From: Verrucomicrobiota bacterium | GTDB taxonomy: Bacteria > Verrucomicrobiota > Kiritimatiellia > UBA8416 > JABMPJ01 | Assembly (NCBI GenBank): GCA_018648805.1 | Contig: JABGQM010000024.1 | Coordinates: forward strand, 1,065 to 65,064 | Direction of reading: 5' to 3' | DNA: 64,000 bases | Part shown: in pieces, positions 37,316-46,500 of the stretch | How the letters are laid out: each line of letters starts with the position of its first letter | How positions within the stretch are numbered: the stretch's first letter is position 1 | Notes under the pieces: model-generated | Database searches by the model: none | Told to the model about the DNA's origin: nothing | Seen by the model: only the letters and a program-made list of their open reading frames with translations | Made by a program: the position numbers and the translations under genes

Positions 37316-37321
37316 CTGATC

Positions 37322-38188
37322 CTATGCCCCCGCTTCCCGCGCACCGCGAATGTCGACGGAGGTGTGGCCGAACTGCTGAAAACGGTTTGTCTTGATCTTA
37401 ATATCACAGGGGTTGCAGAAACCAAAGGACGTGCAGGGCCGGAAGTCGGTGTCGATGTCAAAATCCTCGTGACAGAGATGCCCAATGCCCGGTCGCCCCT
37501 CGTACAGGTCACCGTGGCAGCGGAAGATGTCACCGGAAGGACCGACGATCAATTCGGTCGTCCGGCAGTCTACGGATGGATGCTGGCGGCGACTCAACCC
37601 GTCGGGATACTTGTACGATCCGTATAAGCGTCCCTCGTGATCGCCCAGAAACTCCTTCAGGCGGAAGTCAATGCCGCGCTCCGTGCAGACCCGCCGGGCT
37701 TCATCGATGGCCGGCCCGTTGCCGGGGTGGTCAACCGCCCACACGCCGATCGAATAGCCGCGCTCAAGCATCCGGCTGACCTTGGCCACCGTTGCTTCAA
37801 GCGCCATCTCGCCGGGGTGATACGAAACGCGAATGGAGGCGTAGGGCGCATCGCGGCTGACGCGTTCGGGCGGTACCGACGCCATGAAGGCCTCGATATC
37901 GAACTGCAGGTTCGTCAGGATATCGATTCTGAGGTCACTGCGCAGGCCGTTGACGATGCTGAAGAAGTCGGGGTGCAGGCTCGGTTCGCCGCCCTGCAAC
38001 GTAATCGGCAGGTTGGGTCGGGACACAATACGATTGAGACCGGCAAGCCACTGATCGCCGCTCATCATGGGGTAACGCTGGTCGGCATCGCCGTAGCGGT
38101 TGATACAGAACGGGCAGCGCAGATTGCATCCCAGCGTGAGAAACACAGCGATGTAGTTGTAGTCTTCTGGTATGGTTAACGCATTCAT
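37322..38188 (-). CDS. Radical SAM enzyme
   Basis: CNLRCPFC, LQGGEPSL. Confidence 0.8.
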   Translation of the reverse strand: MNALTIPEDYNYIAVFLTLGCNLRCPFCINRYGDADQRYPMMSGDQWLAGLNRIVSRPNLPITLQGGEPSLHPDFFSIVNGLRSDLRIDILTNLQFDIEAFMASVPPERVSRDAPYASIRVSYHPGEMALEATVAKVSRMLERGYSIGVWAVDHPGNGPAIDEARRVCTERGIDFRLKEFLGDHEGRLYGSYKYPDGLSRRQHPSVDCRTTELIVGPSGDIFRCHGDLYEGRPGIGHLCHEDFDIDTDFRPCTSFGFCNPCDIKIKTNRFQQFGHTSVDIRGAREAGA

Positions 38189-38243
38189 GTCTGACAAACA
38201 CATAGTCTAGTTTCTGCCACGGAAAGGGCCTGCCATCGCGCTC

Positions 38244-38337
38244 CCTGTAGCCCGCTCTCGCCGAGAGCGAGGCCAGATGCTCGAGGGCAATACGCCAACA
38301 TGGTGCCGGCCTCGCGCTCGGCGAGCGCGGGCTACAA
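38244..38337. repeat. Intergenic REP pair
   Basis: ctgtagcccgctctcgccgagagcgaggcc...ggcctcgcgctcggcgagcgcgggctaca. Confidence 0.85.
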
Positions 38338-38640
38338 CCATGAACAGTCCTTATACACAACAAGAGACAGTCTAACATCCATGGCGCTTGAATAGGCACA
38401 CTTTTTTCCAGCAAACTTGTCTGAGGGCGCATCTACGATCTGTTGCATAGAGAGGCGCAGTAGGCACATATCTCCGAGATGTGCCCATGGTGAGGGAGTG
38501 CGTCTCGGAGATACGCACGTACAGTCCACTACTTCGCCATGTGCACCACATCACTCATGGCACATTGCACTATTGCGGTCGGAGTGCCTCTGCGGCTAGA
38601 CTATCCATTCGCCGCTTTGTTGAAAGGACTGAACAACACT

Positions 38641-39765
38641 ATGAAATCGAGCGAGGCGATAGCAACACCAGCCGCTAGGTCTGACGTTCCGTGGTGGTGG
38701 GTAGACATCGGTGATGATGAGGCCCGCGCTATCGTTGCCGCTATCCGGGATCACCGCATTCAATGCGGCCCGATCTGTCGCGAGCTGGAATCGCGCCTGG
38801 CCGAGGAGCTCCAGGTGGCCCACGTGGTCATGATGTCCTCCGGCAGTGCCGCGCTGGCGGCCGCGCTGATGGCGTGCGGGATCGGACCCGGCGACGAGGT
38901 CATCATTCCCGCCGCGTCGTACATTGCCACCGCGCATGCCTGCCTGCTGATCGGCGCCAAGGTCGTCCTGGTCGATATCGGCCCCGACCGACCGGTCATC
39001 GATCCGGCCGGCATCGAGGCGGCTGTCACGGACAAGACCCGCGCGATCATGCCCGTGCACCTGAATGGCGCTGCCTGTGATATGGGCGCTATCGGGGCTA
39101 TCGCCAAACGCCACGGACTGCGCGTCGTCGAGGATGCCGCCCAGGCGTTCTGCTCCCGCACATCAGACCGTTTTCTCGGAACACAGGGCGACGTCGGTGC
39201 ATTCTCGATGTCGATCGCCAAGCTGGTCACCACCGGCGAAGGCGGGTTTGCCGTCACGAACGATGATGATCTGGCCGACCGGCTGCACAAGGCGCGCAAC
39301 CAGGGCGTGCAGGCGGTGGCGAACAACCTTTTCGATGCTCTGGGCTTCAATTTCCGCCTGACAGACATGCTCGCGGCCATGGGCGTAGCCCAGCTCGGCA
39401 AACTGGAAGAGAAGGTCGATACGACGCGACGGGTGTACGCATTCTACAAGGAGGCGCTGGCCGACCTGCCGACCATCGATCTCCTGCCGTGCCGGATTGA
39501 CGAAGGGGAACTGCCGCTGTGGCCCGTGGCGCTCTGCCGCGATCGCGAGCGCGTCGTGGAGCTGCTGGCGGCCCGCGGCATTCAGACCCGCCCGGTCAAC
39601 CCGTGCCTGGCCGAGTCTCCCCAGGTGCACTGCGCGGGTCGCTTCGAGAATGCGCAGCGGTTCGCGGCCGCCGGCCTGCGCCTGCCCGGCGGACCCGACC
39701 AGCCGCGTGAAAACCTCGAACGGACCGCAGAGGCACTGCACGACATTGGAAACAGTGAACCGTGA
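38641..39765 (+). CDS. DegT/DnrJ/EryC1/StrS-family PLP-dependent sugar aminotransferase
   Basis: GDEVIIPAASYIATAHA, MPVHLNGAACDM, SMSIAKLVTTGEGG (active-site Lys). Confidence 0.85.
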   Translation: MKSSEAIATPAARSDVPWWWVDIGDDEARAIVAAIRDHRIQCGPICRELESRLAEELQVAHVVMMSSGSAALAAALMACGIGPGDEVIIPAASYIATAHACLLIGAKVVLVDIGPDRPVIDPAGIEAAVTDKTRAIMPVHLNGAACDMGAIGAIAKRHGLRVVEDAAQAFCSRTSDRFLGTQGDVGAFSMSIAKLVTTGEGGFAVTNDDDLADRLHKARNQGVQAVANNLFDALGFNFRLTDMLAAMGVAQLGKLEEKVDTTRRVYAFYKEALADLPTIDLLPCRIDEGELPLWPVALCRDRERVVELLAARGIQTRPVNPCLAESPQVHCAGRFENAQRFAAAGLRLPGGPDQPRENLERTAEALHDIGNSEP

Positions 39766-40493
39766 CTGACACCCACCCTATACAAGCCAACACACTATCG
39801 GTCGCTGTCCCGGCGCGGGACGAGGAAGCCAACCTTGAAGAGGCCGTGGCCGTGATGATTCCGGTCATCGAGCGCCATTTCAGCGACTACGAGATCTTCA
39901 TCTACGATGACGGCAGCTCGGACCGCACCGGTGAGATTGCCGAGCAGCTGGCCGCACAATACGAGCATGTCAGCGCGTTCCACAACCGGCCCTCAATCGG
40001 ACTGGGCGGTGTCGTTCGCGAAGGGCTTAAGCGGGCCGGCATGGAGTATTTCATGTATATTGACGGCAAAGCGGCCACAACAGCCGCGGCCCTCGATCTG
40101 ATCTTCGCGGCACGCACGGAGGCCGATCTCGTCGTGCCGTATATGGCCAACCGTGGGGAACGCTCCCTGGGACGGCGTGTGGTCTCCCGGCTGTTCGTGG
40201 CGATCCTCAACACCACGTTCAGACTCGACCTGCAGTACTACAACCACCTCCTGCTGTGCCGCACGGAAGTCGCCCGGCGCGCGAACGTGCGGACCGCGTC
40301 CTACGCCTTCCAGGCGGAACGCACCATCAAGCTGATCAAGTCGGGTTGCAGCTACGTGCAGGTTGGTGTCGAGGATCGCTACGACCTTCCCGGGCGGCGA
40401 ACCAAGGCCTTCCATCTGCGCAACGTGCTGGGCGTGGCCGCTTTCTATATTCACGTCCTGCGGGATGTGCGTGCCATGCGAGGGCGTCAATGA
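39762..40493 (+). CDS. GT2 glycosyltransferase, DPM1-like (polyprenol-phosphate sugar synthase type), paralog A
   Basis: LSVAVPARDEEANLE, IFIYDDGSSDRTGEIA, DLVVPY; GTG start overlaps degT stop. Confidence 0.8.
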   Translation: MTDTHPIQANTLSVAVPARDEEANLEEAVAVMIPVIERHFSDYEIFIYDDGSSDRTGEIAEQLAAQYEHVSAFHNRPSIGLGGVVREGLKRAGMEYFMYIDGKAATTAAALDLIFAARTEADLVVPYMANRGERSLGRRVVSRLFVAILNTTFRLDLQYYNHLLLCRTEVARRANVRTASYAFQAERTIKLIKSGCSYVQVGVEDRYDLPGRRTKAFHLRNVLGVAAFYIHVLRDVRAMRGRQ

Positions 40494-41875
40494 AACGGGT
40501 CCTGCTCCTTAATCCCCCCGCCGATCCGCCTGTTTCGCGTGACTACTATTGCGGGCACTTCACCAAGGGGCGCTACTACTGGCCCCAGATTGACCTGCTG
40601 GTGATGAGCGGCATGCTGGCCGGGCACTACGAGGTGCAGGTGCTTGACGCCGTGGTCGAGGACCTTACCCCGGACGAGACCCACGCCCGGATCGCGGCGC
40701 TCAGCCCCGATGCCGTGGTAGCCGTAACGGCCTCGGTCTCGTGGTCGGGCGACATGGCATTCCTCTCCCGACTCAAAGAAACACACCCGTTGCCGATTCT
40801 CGTCAGCGGCGATTACCCCAGGGCAGAGCCGCAAGCCGTGCTGGCGCACCACCCGGCTATCGACGCGGTTGTCCTTGATTTCACGGAGAACGACGCCGTC
40901 GCATTCATCGGCGGGAAACGCGGGCCGGGGCTGCGCAATCTCTACACGCGCACGGATTCCGGTGAACCCCAGATTGAAGGCTCCAGCGTCTTCTGCTATC
41001 CGACACCGCGCCATGAGCTCTTTCCCCTCAAGCGTTACTACATGCCACAGAGCCTGCACCATCCGGCCGTCCCGATTCTGACGGACTTCGGATGCCCTTT
41101 CGCCTGCGACTTCTGTTTCATGGAGCGCGTCCAATACAGGCTGCGCGATATGGCCGATGTGACCGCCGAGCTGGCGGCACTACGCAAGCTGGGTGTCAGG
41201 GAACTGTTCCTGGCCGACCAGAGTTTCGGCTCGCATGCGACCCACGCCCGCGAGGTCTGTCAGACCATCCGCGATGTGGGACGGGGACGTTTCACGTGGG
41301 CGGCCTCCATGCGGGTCGATGCCGCTACCCCGGAACTCTTGCAGGTCATGCGGGATGCCGGCTGCCACACGCTGATGTTTGGTGTAGAGACGCCTTCGCA
41401 GGAAGTTCTGGATGCCCATCACAAGCGTACAACGGTAGACCAAATACAGGTCGCCTTTGCCCTCGCAAGGAAAATGGGATTCCGCAGGTTGGCCCATTTC
41501 ATTATCGGGCTGACCGGTGAAGATGAAGCGTCGTTGGAGCGTCTGGTCGAGTTTGCGATTGCGCTGGATCCCGATATTGCCTCTTTCAATGTCGCCGCCC
41601 CGGCATGGAATACCTCTTTTGGCGACCACATCCGGGACGAAAGCTGGCAGCTCGGTGAAGGCGTGGAGATCGCCGGACCCGACGCGGCACCGGTATGGGA
41701 ACAGCCCGGGTTGCCCATCCAGACGATTCTGCGGCTGCGGGACCAGGCCGTCCGCCGTTTCTACATGCGGCCCGGCTACATCCTGAAACAGCTCACGCGC
41801 GTCCGCTCAACTTACCAGTTGCGTACCCTCTTCCGTGAAGGCATCGGTATGCTTAGAGATCGCATGGGGAGCTAG
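40490..41875 (+). CDS. B12-binding radical SAM enzyme (probable C- or N-methyltransferase type)
   Basis: N-terminal B12-binding-like region then DFGCPFACDFC; ATGA overlap with upstream GT2. Confidence 0.8.
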   Translation: MKRVLLLNPPADPPVSRDYYCGHFTKGRYYWPQIDLLVMSGMLAGHYEVQVLDAVVEDLTPDETHARIAALSPDAVVAVTASVSWSGDMAFLSRLKETHPLPILVSGDYPRAEPQAVLAHHPAIDAVVLDFTENDAVAFIGGKRGPGLRNLYTRTDSGEPQIEGSSVFCYPTPRHELFPLKRYYMPQSLHHPAVPILTDFGCPFACDFCFMERVQYRLRDMADVTAELAALRKLGVRELFLADQSFGSHATHAREVCQTIRDVGRGRFTWAASMRVDAATPELLQVMRDAGCHTLMFGVETPSQEVLDAHHKRTTVDQIQVAFALARKMGFRRLAHFIIGLTGEDEASLERLVEFAIALDPDIASFNVAAPAWNTSFGDHIRDESWQLGEGVEIAGPDAAPVWEQPGLPIQTILRLRDQAVRRFYMRPGYILKQLTRVRSTYQLRTLFREGIGMLRDRMGS

Positions 41876-42122
41876 CGGGTAGTGCTCAGGCTTATGACAA
41901 TGGGAAATCGGTTGACGATGTCGGCGACGAGAGCGGATAACGAGGGGAGAGCAACCAATCAGCCTGCCCTCCATAGCGCGAAGCGCGACGGAGGGTCCAC
42001 CGCTATCGTCGCCGCTATCGTCCACCGGAATGGCAGGAAAATGAGGAGCAGACAGAGATGCTGCTGATTTCGTATGCTGTCAGTTGTGACAGCACGAGTC
42101 AGCCGAAGAGGAATACACAATT

Positions 42123-43154
42123 ATGACCATTGCCATCAATAGCCACGCCGAATGGCACCCGCTGAAGGACGTCGTCGTGGGAATCGCCACCGGCGCGCGC
42201 AACCCCACTGTCAAGGACGAGTCGCTGCACAGTATCTGCTACGGCGATCTTTCCGACGAGGCCTTTGCCGCCGCCAGCTCGGGGCCCTTTCCTGATCGCA
42301 TTATCAAGGAGACCAACGAGGATCTCGATGGCTTTGCCGACAAACTGCGCAACCTGGGCATCACGGTCCATCGCCCGCGTGAGGTGGACTTCGGTCAACT
42401 GTATAGTACCGATGACTGGACCGTTGACGGGTATTACGGTTACTGTCCGCGCGATACGGTGCTGACGGTCGCCAATGAGGCGATCGCCGCCCCCATGGTC
42501 CTGCGCCATCGCCAGAACGAAGCCGACCGGATTTTTGATGGGCTGTTCGACATGACATCGGCCCCCGTACCGCGCCTGCTCGACAGCATGTACGACCGCA
42601 GCCACCTGGGGAAGCCGACCCTGATGAACCATGAGCCCGCTTTTGACGCGGCGAACTGCCTGAAAATCGGTGAGGACATTCTCTACCTGGTCTCCAACAC
42701 CGGCAACCATGCCGGTGCCGACTGGCTCCAGGATCACCTCGGTAGCGGCTATCGCGTTCATCGCGTCGAGGATGTCTATGTCTTCATTCACATTGACTCC
42801 ACGTTCACGGTGCTGCGGCCCGGCCTGGTGCTGCTCTGCCCCGACCGCGTCAACGAAAAGAACCTGCCCGACCTGTTCCGCGGGTGGGACAAGATCTATG
42901 CGCCCGAGCCGGATCCGATCTCGTGCCTGGAAGGGTGGGGCGGCGCGTCGAAATGGATCGCGATGAACCTGCTCAGTCTGGGCCCCGACCTCGTGGCCGT
43001 TGAAGAGAACCAGGTCGCCTTGATGCGCGTCCTCGCCGGCTACGGCATCGACTCTCTGCCCATCCGCCTTCGGCACACGCGCACGCTCGGCGGCGGCCCA
43101 CACTGCACCACCCTTGACCTCGTGCGGGAAGGAGAACTGGAGGACTACCGGTGA
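42123..43154 (+). CDS. Amidinotransferase (glycine/inosamine-phosphate amidinotransferase superfamily, StrB1-like)
   Basis: Overall architecture plus C-terminal catalytic Cys motif RTLGGGPHCTTLDL (GGGxHCxT). Confidence 0.75.
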   Translation: MTIAINSHAEWHPLKDVVVGIATGARNPTVKDESLHSICYGDLSDEAFAAASSGPFPDRIIKETNEDLDGFADKLRNLGITVHRPREVDFGQLYSTDDWTVDGYYGYCPRDTVLTVANEAIAAPMVLRHRQNEADRIFDGLFDMTSAPVPRLLDSMYDRSHLGKPTLMNHEPAFDAANCLKIGEDILYLVSNTGNHAGADWLQDHLGSGYRVHRVEDVYVFIHIDSTFTVLRPGLVLLCPDRVNEKNLPDLFRGWDKIYAPEPDPISCLEGWGGASKWIAMNLLSLGPDLVAVEENQVALMRVLAGYGIDSLPIRLRHTRTLGGGPHCTTLDLVREGELEDYR

Positions 43155-44251
43155 CGAATACAGCCATCAGCTCCGATACCGGACCGGCCACCCCGCGCGC
43201 TATTTTCAACCAGGATCGCGTCTGTGTCGTCGATGCGGCGCTGATTGAGAAGCTGAAGACGGAGGCACTGCGCTCCCCGCTGGGGCGCTATCGGCTCTGC
43301 ATGCATCACTCCACCGGCGACCCCGCCCAGGACATGGTCGTCGCGCATCGGTGCGGCACCTACACGCAGCCGCACTGCCACCCTGCTGCGGCCACGTCGT
43401 TCGCGATGATCGAAGGGCGATTGGATGTCCTGATCTTCGACGACACCGGTGCCTTGACGCGGCGAGTTCGCATGGGACGTTTGGGTGACCGCTACGCCGA
43501 CACCGTCAGCCTGCATCTCTCCACCGGTGTAATACACATGGAAGACTGCCTGACCGAGACCGCCGTGTTCCACGAAACCCTGTCGGCGCCCAACCAGGAT
43601 GGCGGGGCGACGCGCTACGCCGCGTGGAGCCCCCCCGAGGACGACCCCGATCGCGCGGCGGCATTTCGCCGCCGGCTGGGACAGGAACGTCAGTCAAACG
43701 AGAGCGATGAAACGCTTCGACCGCGTGTCGCTGCCGACCAGCCTTCGGGGCCCGGTGCCTTTTTTAACCGGGATCGCGTCTGTGCGGTCGATGCGACGTT
43801 GATTGAAAGGCTGAAGACGGAGGCGTTGCGCTCCCCGCTCGGCCGCTTCCGGCTGTGCATGCATCACTCCACGAGTGACCCGATGCAGGACATGATTATC
43901 GTGCATCGGCGCGGCAACTACTCCCGGCCGCACTACCACCCGAACGCGGCCATGTCCTATACGATGATCGAAGGACGCATGGATATACTGCTTTTTGACG
44001 ATGCCGGCTCCGTGACGGAGCGCGTTCGCATGGGGTGTCACGGAGACCCCGAATCCGATGCCGTTGGCATCCGCCTCGCTGCCGGGACCGTCTACACGCC
44101 GGTTTGCCTCACGGAGGCCGCCGTCTTCCACGAAACTCTATCTGCGCCGAACCCGGATGGCGAAGCGACGCACTACGCCGCGTGGAGTCCCGCTGACGAT
44201 GAACCGGACCGCATCGCGGCATTTCACCGCGGGCTGGGCATTGGAGTGTAA
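43151..44251 (+). CDS. Tandem double WbuC-family cupin protein
   Basis: Two ~170-aa halves each with LRSPLGR(Y/F)RLCMHHST(G/S)DP(A/M)QDM..H..G.Y..PH.HP; DNA 43190-43690 and 43750-44240 ~85% identical. Confidence 0.7.
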   Translation: MTNTAISSDTGPATPRAIFNQDRVCVVDAALIEKLKTEALRSPLGRYRLCMHHSTGDPAQDMVVAHRCGTYTQPHCHPAAATSFAMIEGRLDVLIFDDTGALTRRVRMGRLGDRYADTVSLHLSTGVIHMEDCLTETAVFHETLSAPNQDGGATRYAAWSPPEDDPDRAAAFRRRLGQERQSNESDETLRPRVAADQPSGPGAFFNRDRVCAVDATLIERLKTEALRSPLGRFRLCMHHSTSDPMQDMIIVHRRGNYSRPHYHPNAAMSYTMIEGRMDILLFDDAGSVTERVRMGCHGDPESDAVGIRLAAGTVYTPVCLTEAAVFHETLSAPNPDGEATHYAAWSPADDEPDRIAAFHRGLGIGV

Positions 44252-44260
44252 ATCGACCGT

Positions 44261-44390
44261 GTAGCCCGCTCTCGCCGAGAGCGAGGCTCCCCGTGGATAT
44301 GGGCATTGGCGCCATCTCTGCCTCGCGCTCGGCGAGCGCGGGCTACATGATGCACGTTCCCTGTAGCCCGCGCTTGCCAAGCGCGAGGCC
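44261..44390. repeat. Intergenic REP cluster (3 units)
   Basis: tgtagcccgctctcgccgagagcgaggc...cctcgcgctcggcgagcgcgggctaca...ctgtagcccgcgcttgccaagcgcgaggcc. Confidence 0.85.
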
Positions 44391-44401
44391 ATCCCGGAAG
44401 A

Positions 44402-45166
44402 CTAGGGCAAAAGATTCGGGTCGGACCGATCTCTCACGGCTTTCCGTCCTCGAACGCGCAGATCCCAGAGCAGCCGGAACAGGCATGCGATCACGGCGAC
44501 ACTGTTCCGCCACCGATAAGATCGCGTGCGCCCACCATCTTCGAACGCATCCGTTACCCCTACCTCGCAATAGCTGCAGCCGCCACGAATCAGCTTGCAC
44601 AAGGCCTCGGCTTGAAAGGCATAGCTGCAGGTCCGAATCTCTATGCCGTTGAGATCCTCCCGCCTGTACAGGGGCAAGTGCATGTAGTACTTCAACTTCA
44701 GGCCGGCCACGAGCCCTATGGCGCTTGTCAGGCCATGCGAAATGAGTCGCCGTAGCACAGGCCGCTCGTGGCTATTCAGAGTATAGGGCACGATGATGTC
44801 GGCGCTTCCGGCCCGTTCCCATATCCGGCTCATCTCCTCGGCCGTGTTGCCGCCCTTGCCGTGGTAAAGCGTAACAAAGTCCATCCCGGCGCGGGTCAGC
44901 CCGCTCTTGAACGCGCCGCCAAGGTTGTGTGGCCGGTCGTGATGGATGACACTGATCCGCCCGTCCGCGGCGGCCAGCTCGTCCGCGATGCGGCCCGTGC
45001 CGTCCGTGCTGCCGTCATCGACGATAATGATCTCGTAGTCCCGGAAATGGCGTGGCGCGGCATCTGCCACGACACCGACCGAACGCCTGAGAAAACGCTC
45101 CTCGTTCAATGCCGGGATGATCACCGATACCGTTTTGCGGTGCGATGCACCGTCGTCCTGTTGCAT
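44402..45166 (-). CDS. GT2 glycosyltransferase, DPM1-like, paralog B
   Basis: VSVIIPALNEERFL, IIIVDDGSTDGTGRIA, DIIVPY. Confidence 0.8.
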   Translation of the reverse strand: MQQDDGASHRKTVSVIIPALNEERFLRRSVGVVADAAPRHFRDYEIIIVDDGSTDGTGRIADELAAADGRISVIHHDRPHNLGGAFKSGLTRAGMDFVTLYHGKGGNTAEEMSRIWERAGSADIIVPYTLNSHERPVLRRLISHGLTSAIGLVAGLKLKYYMHLPLYRREDLNGIEIRTCSYAFQAEALCKLIRGGCSYCEVGVTDAFEDGGRTRSYRWRNSVAVIACLFRLLWDLRVRGRKAVRDRSDPNLLP

Positions 45167-45172
45167 GGCTGC

Positions 45173-46102
45173 TCAGCTTTGCTTTGTTCCGGTTCCGTCG
45201 GTGGCGTGCTTGTTTTCGTTCCAGGTCATGCACCCGTCGCACAGCTCGATAGTGTGACGCTGATGGTTCAGGTGCAGCTCGCGTATGCGGGTCATCTCGG
45301 GTCCCTGCCATATCTCGGCCAGAGAGTGCGTGCGCGTGTCGCCCACCACGATGTCGCCATTCGTGTCGTTGCAGCACATGTGTACCTTGCCATCCGCGTA
45401 GATGTCCATCGATCCCCACAAGGTGATGCACGGAATGGCGTTGGCGGCCGCGCTCCTGGGCTCCAGGTCCCGGATGCGCCCCCAGCCGAACACACGTTGA
45501 ATCACGACTTGATCGTGCGACATCAGATGTTCGGTCCAGTGCCGCATAAAGTCCTCTTGCTCGCCCGCGTTCAGGTCCTGGGCCACCATCTGGATCCGTA
45601 TCTGTGTTTCCGGTCGCAGCGCGTCCCGCGCCCAAATGAAGTTCCGTAGGTTGCGATAGACGTCGTCAAAATTCAACCCGATGCGAATCGCTTCAAACGT
45701 AGCCTTGTCGAGCGAGTCCAGTGAGATGCCGACATAGTCGATCCCGGCACGAAGCAGCCCCTCGGCTCTCGCTTCGGTCAGCAAGCTGGCGTTTGTGGTG
45801 ACATGCACGCGCCGGATGCCGGCCTGCTTGAGGCGCGCGACCTTATCCTCGAGCCCGGAATCCGCCAGGGCCTCACCGTTCCCCCCCAGCGACACCCACC
45901 GGACGTGTTCGGCGTTCTCCGCAAGCTCGCCAAGCAGCTTGTCGAAGATCTCCGGCGGCAGCTTCTGACGGCTTCGCCTGTCCGGGTCGACGCCGCACAT
46001 GACACAGCGGGCATTGCAGAAATCGATCACCTCAATGCTGACATATTTCGGATAGCGCACCAGCTCGTGCAAGGGCAAGCCTTGCCGCCGTTCAACATGC
46101 AC
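45173..46102 (-). CDS. Radical SAM enzyme (SPASM/twitch-like C-terminus)
   Basis: CNARCVMC, SLGGNGEAL; C-terminal CCNDTNG...CDGC. Confidence 0.8.
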   Translation of the reverse strand: MHVERRQGLPLHELVRYPKYVSIEVIDFCNARCVMCGVDPDRRSRQKLPPEIFDKLLGELAENAEHVRWVSLGGNGEALADSGLEDKVARLKQAGIRRVHVTTNASLLTEARAEGLLRAGIDYVGISLDSLDKATFEAIRIGLNFDDVYRNLRNFIWARDALRPETQIRIQMVAQDLNAGEQEDFMRHWTEHLMSHDQVVIQRVFGWGRIRDLEPRSAAANAIPCITLWGSMDIYADGKVHMCCNDTNGDIVVGDTRTHSLAEIWQGPEMTRIRELHLNHQRHTIELCDGCMTWNENKHATDGTGTKQS

Positions 46103-46500
46103 CCGTGCCTCTTCTTCGCTGTCGATCGTACACCCCTTTTCCCGCTAGCGGCTCGTACTCTGCCTGGCGCCTATTGTTAAGTCTCTTGTCTTATTCTAAA
46201 GGCTCTGGCAAATTGAGTGCATAACACAGATGCATTTCCCGCGCAATAGAATCGTAGCTGCAGAGACTCACCGTGTTGTAGGGCCCCAATCGGATGTTAC
46301 TCTCTTGCCGTGTGCATTGCCTCCAGCGGCCACGCAGACCAGATTGGCTCGCCTGCGCTGGGTCGGCCCGAACGCGTTGCGCAGCAACGTGTCTGGGGAC
46401 TCCGTGGAAACCGTCTCGGGTGACCACCGCCCTACGTGTCATCATTTGCAGTGAGCCTGAACCCCATGTGTTCCTTGCGGCACGAGCGCTTGCATCCTTT

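Noticed and set aside
40256-40489. 5' extension of the B12-radical-SAM ORF (track start 40256)
   Set aside because: The extension overlaps the GT2 gene in another frame. The conserved protein begins at MKRVLLLNPP (ATG 40490) with the typical ATGA stop-start overlap.
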